DNA from: a virus
Lineage: Duplodnaviria > Caudoviricetes
DNA length: 37,005 nucleotides
Virus record (IMG/VR): IMGVR_UViG_3300029171_000027
Span: 1 to 37,005 of that record
Direction: 5' to 3' (one strand)
In this document: piece after piece, positions 18,156 to 26,548 of the stretch
Layout: every line of letters begins with the position of its first letter
Position numbering within the stretch: position 1 is the stretch's first letter
Notes under the pieces: generated by a model
Told to the model about the DNA's origin: nothing
Database searches by the model: none
The model's input: the letters and a program-made list of their open reading frames with translations, nothing else
Translations under genes and position numbers: made by a program

Positions 18156-20521
18156 TGAACGCAGACACCTACTTTATTACCTCAGCTAAAGCTAAGGGTT
18201 ATACTGACGACCAGATTAAACAATTTTTAGCCCAAGAAGAGCAATCACGGCAAGACAGTGCTCCTACTCAAACAACAACAGAGGCTAAGCCAAAGTCTAA
18301 CTTTATAGTAGAAAACTTACCCACTATTGGCTCGGTAGCACTAGGCACGCCAGGTTTAATTTATGGTGGCATTGCAGGTGCAACGGCTGCAGGTGCTGCT
18401 GGTGCTGCAGGTGGTGAGTATCTCAAGCAAAAGATTAAAGGCGAAAAAACTAGCGGCAAGAAAATAGCTTCAGAGGCAATTCAATCTGCAGCGATTGATT
18501 TAGCTACTGCAGGTGCTGGTAAGTTTCTTAAACTTGGTGGAAAGGCAGCTGTTAAAGGTGCTACTAAGGTTGCCGAGGGTGCTGCTAATGTCGGTAAGAC
18601 TGCATTTAAAGCAGGTCTGAATACAGCTAAGAATGCCACAAAAACTATCGGTAAAGAGGGACTAGAAGATATTGGCTATAAAGCAGCGGACTTAATGTCT
18701 GGAGTAGAACCTGGGACTATGCGATATGCCAAAGAAAACGCTGAGGGCGTCAGTAAAGCAGTATCTGGCGATAAGGCTATCTACAACTTAGTAGAGCCAG
18801 CTCGTCAGGCTACAAAAAAGATACTTGACACAGCTCAATCTAACTACGCTAAGAATATAGAACCTATTAACAGGTTACTGATACCAGGACTTGAAGAAGC
18901 CCCAAAGAATGTTTTAGGTAAGGTAAATAGTATTCTAAACAGATATTCAGGGCTAGGCCAAGAGTCTAGTGTGTTTACACCAGCTGTTCTCAACAGCCTA
19001 GACGATTTAGCAACAATGAGCCCAGCTCGAAGACTAGCTCTAGCTCCTCAGTTATCAGGAGCTCGCAGTGCAGAGGATTTACTACAACCTACCTTTGATT
19101 TTTCTCAAGGAGCGTTTGTAAACCGTGTTGAGCAGAATAATATTAAAGAAATTGTTAAAAGTCTGTCTAGTAATAAATCTAACAAAGTTCAAGATTTATT
19201 AGCACTAAGACGCAGACTTCAGCAATATAGTCTAGGGGATTTTAGCAAACCTTACCACGCTGCACTCGGTGAAATAACAGGTGAACTCGACAACGAAATA
19301 ATGAGTCGCTTACCAAAGGCTGCTGCTAAAAAGTTTAAACAGGCTAATTTAGAGTATGAGTCTAAAAGAGTTTTGCACGATGTGTTAGCAAGAACTTTAG
19401 ACTCAAGCAACGCCGAAGGCTTTTTGGCTAACATTATGGGTAAAAACAAAACTGAAAAACAAGCATTTTTGAAAGAACTAGCTAATTATTCTGATAAAAA
19501 CTTTATAAAAGATATTCAAGATGTTTTAGTAGCTAAAGAATTAGGTAGAGACTTTGCTAAGACTGGTAGTCGAAGCCAAGACATTGTAAGAGGTTTATTA
19601 TTCTCTAGTGTAGGTGGATTAAGTTCGGGCCCCCTTGGTGCTTTAGTTGGACTGATGACTTCTTACGGAGTTGCACCTCGACAGCTTGGCGATGTCTTTA
19701 TCTCTCTTGGTAAAGGCGAAACGCCGCAGATTGCTAGATACGCACAGGCTGCAACTGGTGTTGGCAAGGATTTACTAGAAGTTGGTAAGGGTGCGGTTAA
19801 GAATGTTGGCGAGCAAGCTCAAAAGACAGTTTCAGATTTCCTACAAAAACCCGCTACAATCGCCACTGGCAGGGCTATAACTCAAGGAACAGGTGAACTA
19901 TTAACTGGTGGCGGTCAAAGCGGTTACAGTGAGCCTAGCGACTTGGGTGACGAGACTGGAGGACTGACTGTTGAACAGCTACTAAATCCGTCAACAGCTC
20001 AAGCAGCAGGGTCTCGAGCTACATCAGACAGCTCTATTGGACAACAGCAACTCAAGCAATTAGCTGAGTATGACTTTATGAAAACTGGTGGTAAGAACTT
20101 AGATAAGATTATTGCTTACGGCAAAATAGCCTATCCTGAAACGAAACAAACTAAAAAATCAGACGCACAGATTAAGTCAGAGGCTACCGTTAAGCGTGGT
20201 ATTAGCAGCGTTAACAAGGCACAGGAGCTACTGACTAAAGACCCTACTTTGCCGTATAAAAATAGAATTAAGGGGCAGATTTTTTCTAGGGATTACAATA
20301 CAGCTATATTTAGCACTATTGAAGCGTTGCTACGACTAAACTCAGGGGCGGCGGCACCAGAACCAGAATACCGCAGATATTTGGAGTCGCTTATTCCAAA
20401 GCCGTTAGAGTCAACAGCGGTTAGTCAAAGAAAACTAGCGGCACTTAAAGAAGCCCTAAATTATTACAAAGAGGGCTACGAGAATAACGAGTCAGGATTT
20501 GACTTAGGAGCTATACAATGA
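18155..20521 (+). CDS. Probable large DNA ejection protein
   Basis: ~790 aa, helical, with Gly/Ala-rich hydrophobic segments; podovirus-type position. Confidence 0.6.
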   Translation: MNADTYFITSAKAKGYTDDQIKQFLAQEEQSRQDSAPTQTTTEAKPKSNFIVENLPTIGSVALGTPGLIYGGIAGATAAGAAGAAGGEYLKQKIKGEKTSGKKIASEAIQSAAIDLATAGAGKFLKLGGKAAVKGATKVAEGAANVGKTAFKAGLNTAKNATKTIGKEGLEDIGYKAADLMSGVEPGTMRYAKENAEGVSKAVSGDKAIYNLVEPARQATKKILDTAQSNYAKNIEPINRLLIPGLEEAPKNVLGKVNSILNRYSGLGQESSVFTPAVLNSLDDLATMSPARRLALAPQLSGARSAEDLLQPTFDFSQGAFVNRVEQNNIKEIVKSLSSNKSNKVQDLLALRRRLQQYSLGDFSKPYHAALGEITGELDNEIMSRLPKAAAKKFKQANLEYESKRVLHDVLARTLDSSNAEGFLANIMGKNKTEKQAFLKELANYSDKNFIKDIQDVLVAKELGRDFAKTGSRSQDIVRGLLFSSVGGLSSGPLGALVGLMTSYGVAPRQLGDVFISLGKGETPQIARYAQAATGVGKDLLEVGKGAVKNVGEQAQKTVSDFLQKPATIATGRAITQGTGELLTGGGQSGYSEPSDLGDETGGLTVEQLLNPSTAQAAGSRATSDSSIGQQQLKQLAEYDFMKTGGKNLDKIIAYGKIAYPETKQTKKSDAQIKSEATVKRGISSVNKAQELLTKDPTLPYKNRIKGQIFSRDYNTAIFSTIEALLRLNSGAAAPEPEYRRYLESLIPKPLESTAVSQRKLAALKEALNYYKEGYENNESGFDLGAIQ

Positions 20522-20769
20522 ATGAAGAATTATCGCCTCAACAGCTAATTATTGAAGCAATGATGAGACGACAGAAGCCAGGCGGTGGACAAGGTGCTGG
20601 AACCACTATGCCTGTTATGGATAATGTTTCTGGTGCAACTGCTCCCCAAGCTGAAATGTCGGATATGAACAAAATGCAACAAAAAACTGCTGACCCTGTG
20701 GCTTTAGGGAGCGGTGAGCAATCTGGCAAGTTTCGTCAGGTTATTAAACTGATGGCTTCGTTAATGTAA
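20518..20769 (+). CDS. Hypothetical protein
   Basis: AGGAG RBS and ATGA overlap. Confidence 0.7.
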   Translation: MNEELSPQQLIIEAMMRRQKPGGGQGAGTTMPVMDNVSGATAPQAEMSDMNKMQQKTADPVALGSGEQSGKFRQVIKLMASLM

Positions 20770-20770
20770 T

Positions 20771-21154
20771 ATGTCTAACTTGGCTACTTCACTAACGGAA
20801 AAAGAGAGTATCTTAACTGAAGTTCAAGCAGTTCACGACAAGGTCGGCGAAGTTCACAAGGATATGTATCGACAAGACGCAGAGCTGAGTAAATTTAGAG
20901 CTGAATTAAGCCAACACCAAGATGACGACAAAGACAACTTTAATCGAATTGCCGATAAGATTGATAAAAAGTTTTCGGAGCTTATAGCTAGACAAGACGA
21001 GCAGGCGAGTAGGCTAAGGGATAGCTTAGAAAAGATGAGAAGAGACAACGATTTAATTAATAGTGGTCTCAAGGTAGTCGGTGCTGTAGCCATTGTTATT
21101 GCAGGATATTTACGCATACCTTGGACTAAAGTTATAGATATTCTTAGACAATAA
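20771..21154 (+). CDS. Coiled-coil protein with C-terminal TM (holin/XhlA-like lysis accessory)
   Basis: C-terminal hydrophobic helix; directly upstream of the endolysin. Confidence 0.55.
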   Translation: MSNLATSLTEKESILTEVQAVHDKVGEVHKDMYRQDAELSKFRAELSQHQDDDKDNFNRIADKIDKKFSELIARQDEQASRLRDSLEKMRRDNDLINSGLKVVGAVAIVIAGYLRIPWTKVIDILRQ

Positions 21155-21174
21155 CGAAAGCTGTTTGCTATAAT
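21146..21174 (+). promoter_or_regulatory. Promoter for a leaderless endolysin transcript
   Basis: TGcTATAAT (TATAAT at 21169-21174) lies 7 nt before ATG 21182; no Shine-Dalgarno. Confidence 0.6.
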
Positions 21175-21181
21175 TGATAAA

Positions 21182-21910
21182 ATGGCAAGCACCAAAATAA
21201 ATGACTTAATTCCTGCCTTACAGCCTATGGCTGGAGCTTTTTTAATTAAAGCTAAACAAGCTGGGTTCAATATTAGAATTACCTCCACTTATAGAACCTT
21301 AGAGGAACAAGCACAGCTCTACGCTAATGGTAGGGGTTCTTTTGTTTATAATGGGGTGGTTTACAAAGCCTCGGGTAATAAAATAGTTACTAACGCCAAA
21401 CCAGGGCAATCTAAGCACAATCTACGAATGGCTTTTGATGTCGTGGATAAGGATAAAGGTTACAATATTGACTGGGAAGTTTTGGGTAAAATAGGCGAGG
21501 AAATCGGCTTATCTTGGGGTGGTCGATGGAAGTTTCAGGACAAACCTCATTTTGAATATATCAATAAACCAATTAATGAAAGAGGAGTAGAAATGGACAA
21601 TAACACCGTCCCAGCATATATCGTTAAGGAGATATACAAAGCCGTTAGAGGTAGTGAACCTACACCAGACTGGCCAGATTTTCAGGCGGCGACTTCTGAT
21701 AGGCCATTGGCGTTTATTGCTGAAATAGTGCAAGAAGCTAAGAATGTAACTCGAGCCGAACAGTTAGATTTAGTCAGAGGATTACAGGGACAGTTGGAGG
21801 AAAGTTCTAAAAGAGCTAACCAACTGCAAATCCAACTTACAGACGCTCAATCTCATATTAACGGTGACTTTGTGCCGTTAGAGCCAAATCAACTTTACAT
21901 CAAGCGTTAA
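21182..21910 (+). CDS. Endolysin, peptidase M15 (L-Ala-D-Glu type) with C-terminal extension
   Basis: YRT..EQ..LY..GR, SKHN...AFD, WGGRW, DKPHFE motifs. Confidence 0.92.
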   Translation: MASTKINDLIPALQPMAGAFLIKAKQAGFNIRITSTYRTLEEQAQLYANGRGSFVYNGVVYKASGNKIVTNAKPGQSKHNLRMAFDVVDKDKGYNIDWEVLGKIGEEIGLSWGGRWKFQDKPHFEYINKPINERGVEMDNNTVPAYIVKEIYKAVRGSEPTPDWPDFQAATSDRPLAFIAEIVQEAKNVTRAEQLDLVRGLQGQLEESSKRANQLQIQLTDAQSHINGDFVPLEPNQLYIKR

Positions 21911-21928
21911 GTTAAAAAAAGGAGAAAG

Positions 21929-22228
21929 ATGAACAAAACTACATTGGTTCCTGCCGATGGCGTTATCATTATGAAAGATGATACTGGAGAGGGCGAAAAT
22001 AGGGTTATTAGTGTTGCAGATGAAAAAGGATTAGTTGGAATAGCTGTTGCAGTTAGCGATGAGCCTTTTACTTTTAACTTTGGTGGAAAACTTTCAACAA
22101 AGGTTAAGGTAGGCGACAAGATAGTTGTTGAAAGGCACAGCGTCCAGCACTTTCACCACGAGAGAACTCTATACAAGTTGGTTCGTTTTGACGCAGTCTT
22201 AGCAATTATAAAGGAGAGCAATGAGTAA
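21929..22228 (+). CDS. groES: Co-chaperonin GroES (divergent)
   Basis: P.D.V, G.AVAV, VKVGDKIV and VLAII motifs; overlaps groEL. Confidence 0.85.
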   Translation: MNKTTLVPADGVIIMKDDTGEGENRVISVADEKGLVGIAVAVSDEPFTFNFGGKLSTKVKVGDKIVVERHSVQHFHHERTLYKLVRFDAVLAIIKESNE

Positions 22229-23807
22229 ACTAGTTTTAACTGGTGAGCAAGCCAGAGAGAAAATGCTTATCGGTGTTAAAGCAATTAGCAGTATTGTTGG
22301 TTCCACTTTGGGCCCAAAAGGCTCAAACGTTGCTATAGATAGAACTTTCGGTTCACCCTTAGTTGTTCACGATGGCGTAACAGTCGCTCGACAACTCCAA
22401 CTAGACGATGAAGCGGCGAATATGGCGATAGATATACTAGTTGACGGTGCCTCAAGGACTAATGACGAGGCAGGAGACGGCACAACCACAGCAACGGTAT
22501 TAGCAGGTGCAATATACGAGCAGAGCAATAAGGTGATTAAGGCAGGTGCTAACTCAATGATGTTACGTAAAGGCATTGAAGAGGGTAAAAATTTGATGAT
22601 AGCCGAACTTACCAAAATGGCTCGGCCTGTCAAAAAAGAAGATATAGTCGAAGTAGCTACTATATCCGCTCAAGATAGTATTATTGGTCAATGTGTAGCA
22701 GACGCTTTTAATAGACACGGCGAACGCTCAATAGTAACGGTTGACGAGAATAGTGTCCCCATTGTTGACGTAGAGTATAGAGACGGTATGCAGTTTGACA
22801 GAGGTGTTATTAGCCCGTTTATGTGTAATATCCCAGAAAGAATGGAAGTCGACTTAAAAAACGTTAACATTTTAGTTAGTGATAAAAGGGTTGCTTGGCA
22901 AGAGCTGGGTGAGCTTATGGACGGCTTAATTAAAGCTCACAACACGAGACAGCTAGTTATTATTTGTTCAGGTCTTGATGAGATGACCCTGGCTAACATC
23001 ATAGCCAACAAGAAACAGGGTATCTTTAACGCTATTGTTGTTAATGCCCCTGGCTATGGAGACGCACAAAAAGCACTCTTAGAGGACATTGCCATCTATA
23101 CAGGTGGTCGATTTATATCCGCAGACAGCCGAGAGCTATTAAGCGAGATTGAGTTCACAGATTTAGGCTTAGTCGATAGAGTAGTGTCAGGTGAAAAGAA
23201 CACTTTGATTATTAGCAACAACGCTAAAAAGGAATTGTTAGAGGCTAGGATTAAACTTATAAAAGACACGCTAGCTAAACCCGATACATCAGCTGTTGCT
23301 CGTGAAAAACTAGAGGAACGCTTAGCCAAACTTACATCAGGCATTGCTATTGTTAAGGTTGGTGCTAACTCTGAGGTAGAGATGAGAGAACGCAAGGAGC
23401 GAGCAATTGACGCAATCTCAGCAGTTCGTTCTAGTATCGAGCAAGGTATAGTCGCAGGTGGTGAAACGGCATTGCTCAAGGCTTCTAGGGTCTTAGACGA
23501 GCTTATTGCCTCAACAAGTGACGACATTAAGATAGGCGTTCAAGTGCTACAGCGTGCTTGCCATAAGCCGTTTGAACTTTTAATGAGCAATTCAGGGTTA
23601 GACGCTGGTGCAATGAAAGCCGATGTCCTAAAAGACACTAAAAATAGAGGCATAGATGTTATGTCAGGTGAGCTATGCGACCTTATAGCTAAAGGTATTG
23701 TTGACCCAGTTAAGGTGACCAAGTCTGCTTTATCCAACGCAGTGTCAGTTGCCTCTCAGTTAATTACCACAGATACGCTTATTGTAGAATTACCAGAGAA
23801 GAAGTAA
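22221..23807 (+). CDS. groEL: Chaperonin GroEL
   Basis: TLGPKG, DGVTVA, GDGTTTAT, GMQFDRG, APGYGD, ERLAKL, GIVAGG, GIVDP; no GGM tail. Confidence 0.97.
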   Translation: MSKLVLTGEQAREKMLIGVKAISSIVGSTLGPKGSNVAIDRTFGSPLVVHDGVTVARQLQLDDEAANMAIDILVDGASRTNDEAGDGTTTATVLAGAIYEQSNKVIKAGANSMMLRKGIEEGKNLMIAELTKMARPVKKEDIVEVATISAQDSIIGQCVADAFNRHGERSIVTVDENSVPIVDVEYRDGMQFDRGVISPFMCNIPERMEVDLKNVNILVSDKRVAWQELGELMDGLIKAHNTRQLVIICSGLDEMTLANIIANKKQGIFNAIVVNAPGYGDAQKALLEDIAIYTGGRFISADSRELLSEIEFTDLGLVDRVVSGEKNTLIISNNAKKELLEARIKLIKDTLAKPDTSAVAREKLEERLAKLTSGIAIVKVGANSEVEMRERKERAIDAISAVRSSIEQGIVAGGETALLKASRVLDELIASTSDDIKIGVQVLQRACHKPFELLMSNSGLDAGAMKADVLKDTKNRGIDVMSGELCDLIAKGIVDPVKVTKSALSNAVSVASQLITTDTLIVELPEKK

Positions 23808-24025
23808 TGCGTGAGCGTTGGGAAGACCCTGACTACCTCAAGAAACTTCGTAGGGAGGAAGAGACGCAAGACTTGAAGATTACAGCAGTCAAGTTACCTT
23901 GTGCTTGCGATATGAGCCTAGAGATAACAGAACCAAGAGACCAACTAGTTAGATGTCCAAGGTGTTTTAAGCCAGCTTACATTGTTTGGTCAATGGTTAG
24001 TAAGAAAGTTCAATGGAACTCTTAA
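23807..24025 (+). CDS. Small Zn-ribbon protein coupled to groEL
   Basis: CAC...CPRC; TAATG overlap. Confidence 0.7.
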   Translation: MRERWEDPDYLKKLRREEETQDLKITAVKLPCACDMSLEITEPRDQLVRCPRCFKPAYIVWSMVSKKVQWNS

Positions 24026-24264
24026 CCCTCATTGCCTTTGGTTTGTTTTTAATAGCTAGTTACAGCTTTGCTCTTTTTATTGGGTATTCAATTGGTAAGC
24101 AACAGTCGCTGAAAGTTACCAGTAAAGAGATATTCACAACTCCATTGTTCCGTAGTAAAGCCACCGCTAGTTCGCTTGGTGATATTTTAGCCAAAGAAGA
24201 GTATGATAGCTCCAAAAGAGCAACTCACGAAGCCATTAGAGAAGCCAAATTATTAGATTACTAA
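24013..24264 (+). CDS. Membrane protein with N-terminal TM
   Basis: Hydrophobic first ~25 aa. Confidence 0.7.
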   Translation: MELLTLIAFGLFLIASYSFALFIGYSIGKQQSLKVTSKEIFTTPLFRSKATASSLGDILAKEEYDSSKRATHEAIREAKLLDY

Positions 24265-24273
24265 AGGAGTAAG

Positions 24274-24486
24274 ATGAAAATCACTGGATACCGCACCTAC
24301 CTCGCTGGCTTGGTCGCCATTACTATCCCTTTCCTTGAGTGGGTAACGAACAATGAGTTCTTTATCTACACTGAGGACTTTACCAAGAGCGTTCAAGTCG
24401 CCGCTGGCGTCTGTGTCTTTCTGTTTCGCTATCTGTCTAGCCCAAAGTCGATTGACAAACTACTTGACAAGCCTAAAGGTGAGTAA
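24274..24486 (+). CDS. Probable holin (2 TM)
   Basis: GYRTY motif, two hydrophobic helices, basic tail; AAGGAG RBS. Confidence 0.6.
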   Translation: MKITGYRTYLAGLVAITIPFLEWVTNNEFFIYTEDFTKSVQVAAGVCVFLFRYLSSPKSIDKLLDKPKGE

Positions 24487-24550
24487 GCTATACTGGTTAT
24501 AGTCTGGTAAAGAAGACCAGAAGTTCCCTCCTTGGTTTTTTGTTTCGCAC

Positions 24551-24576
24551 AAGCCCCACTCTTGCAGTGGGGTTTT
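24551..24576 (+). terminator. Intrinsic terminator
   Basis: AAGCCCCACT-CTTGC-AGTGGGGTTTT. Confidence 0.75.
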
Positions 24577-24596
24577 GCTTTTAGTAAGCTATATAA

Positions 24597-24791
24597 GCGG
24601 TAGGTTTTGGTTCTTAGTTCTCTATAAACCATTCTCTTTTCCTACCGCACAATGGACTGCCTTCAGCAGTCTGGCGAAATCTTAGCTCTTGCGGACACAG
24701 GTGGTATTACTGCCTTATGAGGCGGTATCACTGCCCTCAAGTCGATTAGTGGAAAAGATAAGCTGGTCTGTGTTAACAAGGCAGTTTTTTT
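24597..24791 (+). ncRNA. Candidate structured small RNA
   Basis: Stems GCGGTAGG/CCTACCGC, GGACTGC/GCAGTCT, GACACAG/CTGTGTT with CTTG/CAAG, TACTGCCT/AGGCGGTA; ends in a T7 run. Confidence 0.45.
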
Positions 24792-24964
24792 GTTAACATC
24801 TTATTGGCACTTGTAAAGCAAACTCAGTAGTTTGTTAACATCTTATTGGTATTTGTAAACGAATTAAATATACATAGTCGTGTATATTACTGTATATTCT
24901 GACCAATTTCCCGACATCAGGAAAATGGTTTTCCACAGTTTGTTAACATCTATTGGCACTTGTA
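24789..24964. repeat. Three ~27-bp iteron-like direct repeats
   Basis: TTTGTTAACATCTTATTGGYAYTTGTA at 24789, 24831 and 24939 (third copy has a 1-nt deletion). Confidence 0.85.
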
Positions 24965-25032
24965 GGTAAAATGGGTGTATTTGTATGTATTTGTAAGTAA
25001 ATTGGGTATATTTATATCAGGAGGGTAGAACC

Positions 25033-25368
25033 TTGAGTTGGTCTAAGGAGACCCGTAGACAGGCACTCGCTATGGCGAGCTACTGTTGCACCATCTGCTG
25101 TCGTGGCTTTCGTTACAAGGAGGGATACCTTGTCTTGCACCACATCTTGTCCAGAAACAAAGGAGAACACACGCTCGGCAACGCCGAAGTCCGCTGTAAG
25201 TCCTGCGAGCGTATCGCACATCAAATCAGCCGAGACGGTAATCTCAGCCCCAGACAGAGGCGAGCTGTCGCCTACGCTACCACTTACCCTTCACGGGTTC
25301 ACTCTCTGGCAACTAATCCAAGCAGTCCGAAGGTTCAACCAAGAGGCCAGACACTGCGTTACCGATGA
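25033..25368 (+). CDS. HNH endonuclease
   Basis: CxxC...HHI...N...CxxC...H; AGGAGG RBS before a TTG start. Confidence 0.8.
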   Translation: MSWSKETRRQALAMASYCCTICCRGFRYKEGYLVLHHILSRNKGEHTLGNAEVRCKSCERIAHQISRDGNLSPRQRRAVAYATTYPSRVHSLATNPSSPKVQPRGQTLRYR

Positions 25369-25395
25369 CCTGCTTGTCAGGTTCATCTAAATCTG

Positions 25396-25423
25396 AGGGG
25401 TGGCCAGTCGGCTGCCCCTTTTT
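25396..25423 (+). terminator. Intrinsic terminator at the convergence point
   Basis: AGGGGTGGCC-AGTC-GGCTGCCCCT followed by a T-run. Confidence 0.75.
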
Positions 25424-25925
25424 ATTGAACTGTTCGGAAATTCCGAACAGTTGGTGTCTTGATTGAGTTGTTCGGAAATTCCGAACACGTGGCTCTTTTT
25501 ATTCTTGTATACGTCTCATAACCCATAATATCTAACTTTGAACTTTCGCTAAGATACTTTGTTTTAATTAAAGTTTTGTAGTAGCGGTTCTTTTTAGTTT
25601 TTTGGCGAGCTAATCGCTTTTTATTAGGTTTACCCTTAATAATATTAAAAAGAGAGCTTGGATATACTGTAGCCAGCTCTGAGCGAGTCAGATATAGCTC
25701 GGTTATACTCATAGCCTCGTAATCTATCGGCTCCTCGTAACATTCTCGTCTAATAATTTCACGATAGAGCTTGAGTTCTAGCTGTAATCTTTTGCCCTCA
25801 ATAAACTCTAGGTAAAAGTTTATCGTATAGGGAGCTAGACAGTCAGGGCAATAGTCCTTAGTAGGCCTAAAACCTGCCTCAAACAGCTCTCTATTAAGCG
25901 GTGTCCATTTGTGGCTGTTTCTCAT
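25422..25925 (-). CDS. Hypothetical basic protein
   Basis: 167-aa ORF with a CPDC motif and Lys-rich segment. Confidence 0.65.
   Translation of the reverse strand: MRNSHKWTPLNRELFEAGFRPTKDYCPDCLAPYTINFYLEFIEGKRLQLELKLYREIIRRECYEEPIDYEAMSITELYLTRSELATVYPSSLFNIIKGKPNKKRLARQKTKKNRYYKTLIKTKYLSESSKLDIMGYETYTRIKRATCSEFPNNSIKTPTVRNFRTVQ
25428..25487. repeat. Two palindromes with core TGTTCGGAA-A-TTCCGAACA
   Basis: 25428-25452 (12-bp arms) and 25469-25487 (9-bp arms). Confidence 0.9.
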
Positions 25926-26157
25926 TATTCTCTCTTATTATTGGGTCTTGCTCTCTAACTAATCGACAAAGATACTTAGCTACCCTGCTAGTTCTAACAT
26001 ACCCGTTACCCTTACCCTCTTTGACCATATAGGCGTTAAGTCTAAGCGAGATAATCGAGAGCTTACGGCTATCTAATCGGCTTATCGGTCGCTCTAGCTT
26101 ATCTATAACTTTTAGGTGGGTTGCGAGTGCTACTAAGTCTTTAAGTCTCTTGTCCAT
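25894..26157 (-). CDS. Hypothetical basic protein
   Basis: Overlaps both neighbours. Confidence 0.65.
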   Translation of the reverse strand: MDKRLKDLVALATHLKVIDKLERPISRLDSRKLSIISLRLNAYMVKEGKGNGYVRTSRVAKYLCRLVREQDPIIRENNEKQPQMDTA

Positions 26158-26539
26158 TTATCTCTCTTTTTAGTTGCTCTTGAAAGTCCTCGGCTAACGG
26201 CTCAATCCGAATAATCAGCCTCGGTTCTTTGTCGGTAAGACGTCTTATTCGGTCGCAATCGAATTGGCTATCATCGGCAATAATTATGCCTTTAAGGCTA
26301 TCCAGTATCATCTTAAAGCTATTGTCGATGTCGCGGCGTCTATTATCCCCATAACAGACGATAATATCCACAGAGAGCCTACCTGTCAGGAGTGGCTTAT
26401 TCCACTTAGTTTTAGCCATTAACCCCAAGGTATTTTTGAACTGAACAGCCTCAGGTTTGAGATAGTTTTGACCACCCCAAGTCCTGCCGTAAAGATGATT
26501 AACCGAGGGCGGTTTTAATCCACAATCCAAATAAAACAT
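26141..26539 (-). CDS. rusA: RusA-family Holliday junction resolvase
   Basis: PPSVN, RRRDIDN..K...D.L and ADDSQ motifs. Confidence 0.9.
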   Translation of the reverse strand: MFYLDCGLKPPSVNHLYGRTWGGQNYLKPEAVQFKNTLGLMAKTKWNKPLLTGRLSVDIIVCYGDNRRRDIDNSFKMILDSLKGIIIADDSQFDCDRIRRLTDKEPRLIIRIEPLAEDFQEQLKREINGQET

Positions 26540-26548
26540 TATGCTAAT

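Noticed and set aside
2158-23737. Many - strand ORFs inside late genes (e.g. 11177-11650, 20854-21288, 23096-23527)
   Set aside because: They lie antisense to well-supported genes and show no recognisable motifs.
1699-24486. Alternative genetic code (stop-codon recoding)
   Set aside because: Core genes are full length and tightly packed under the standard code, and all three stop codons terminate genes.
24703-24735. Lambda-operator-like TATCACTGCC half sites
   Set aside because: Better explained as arms of one RNA hairpin; no adjacent divergent repressor/cro pair.
24789-24964. Mini CRISPR array
   Set aside because: Repeat starts are 42 and 108 bp apart, with no regular spacer length and no cas genes.
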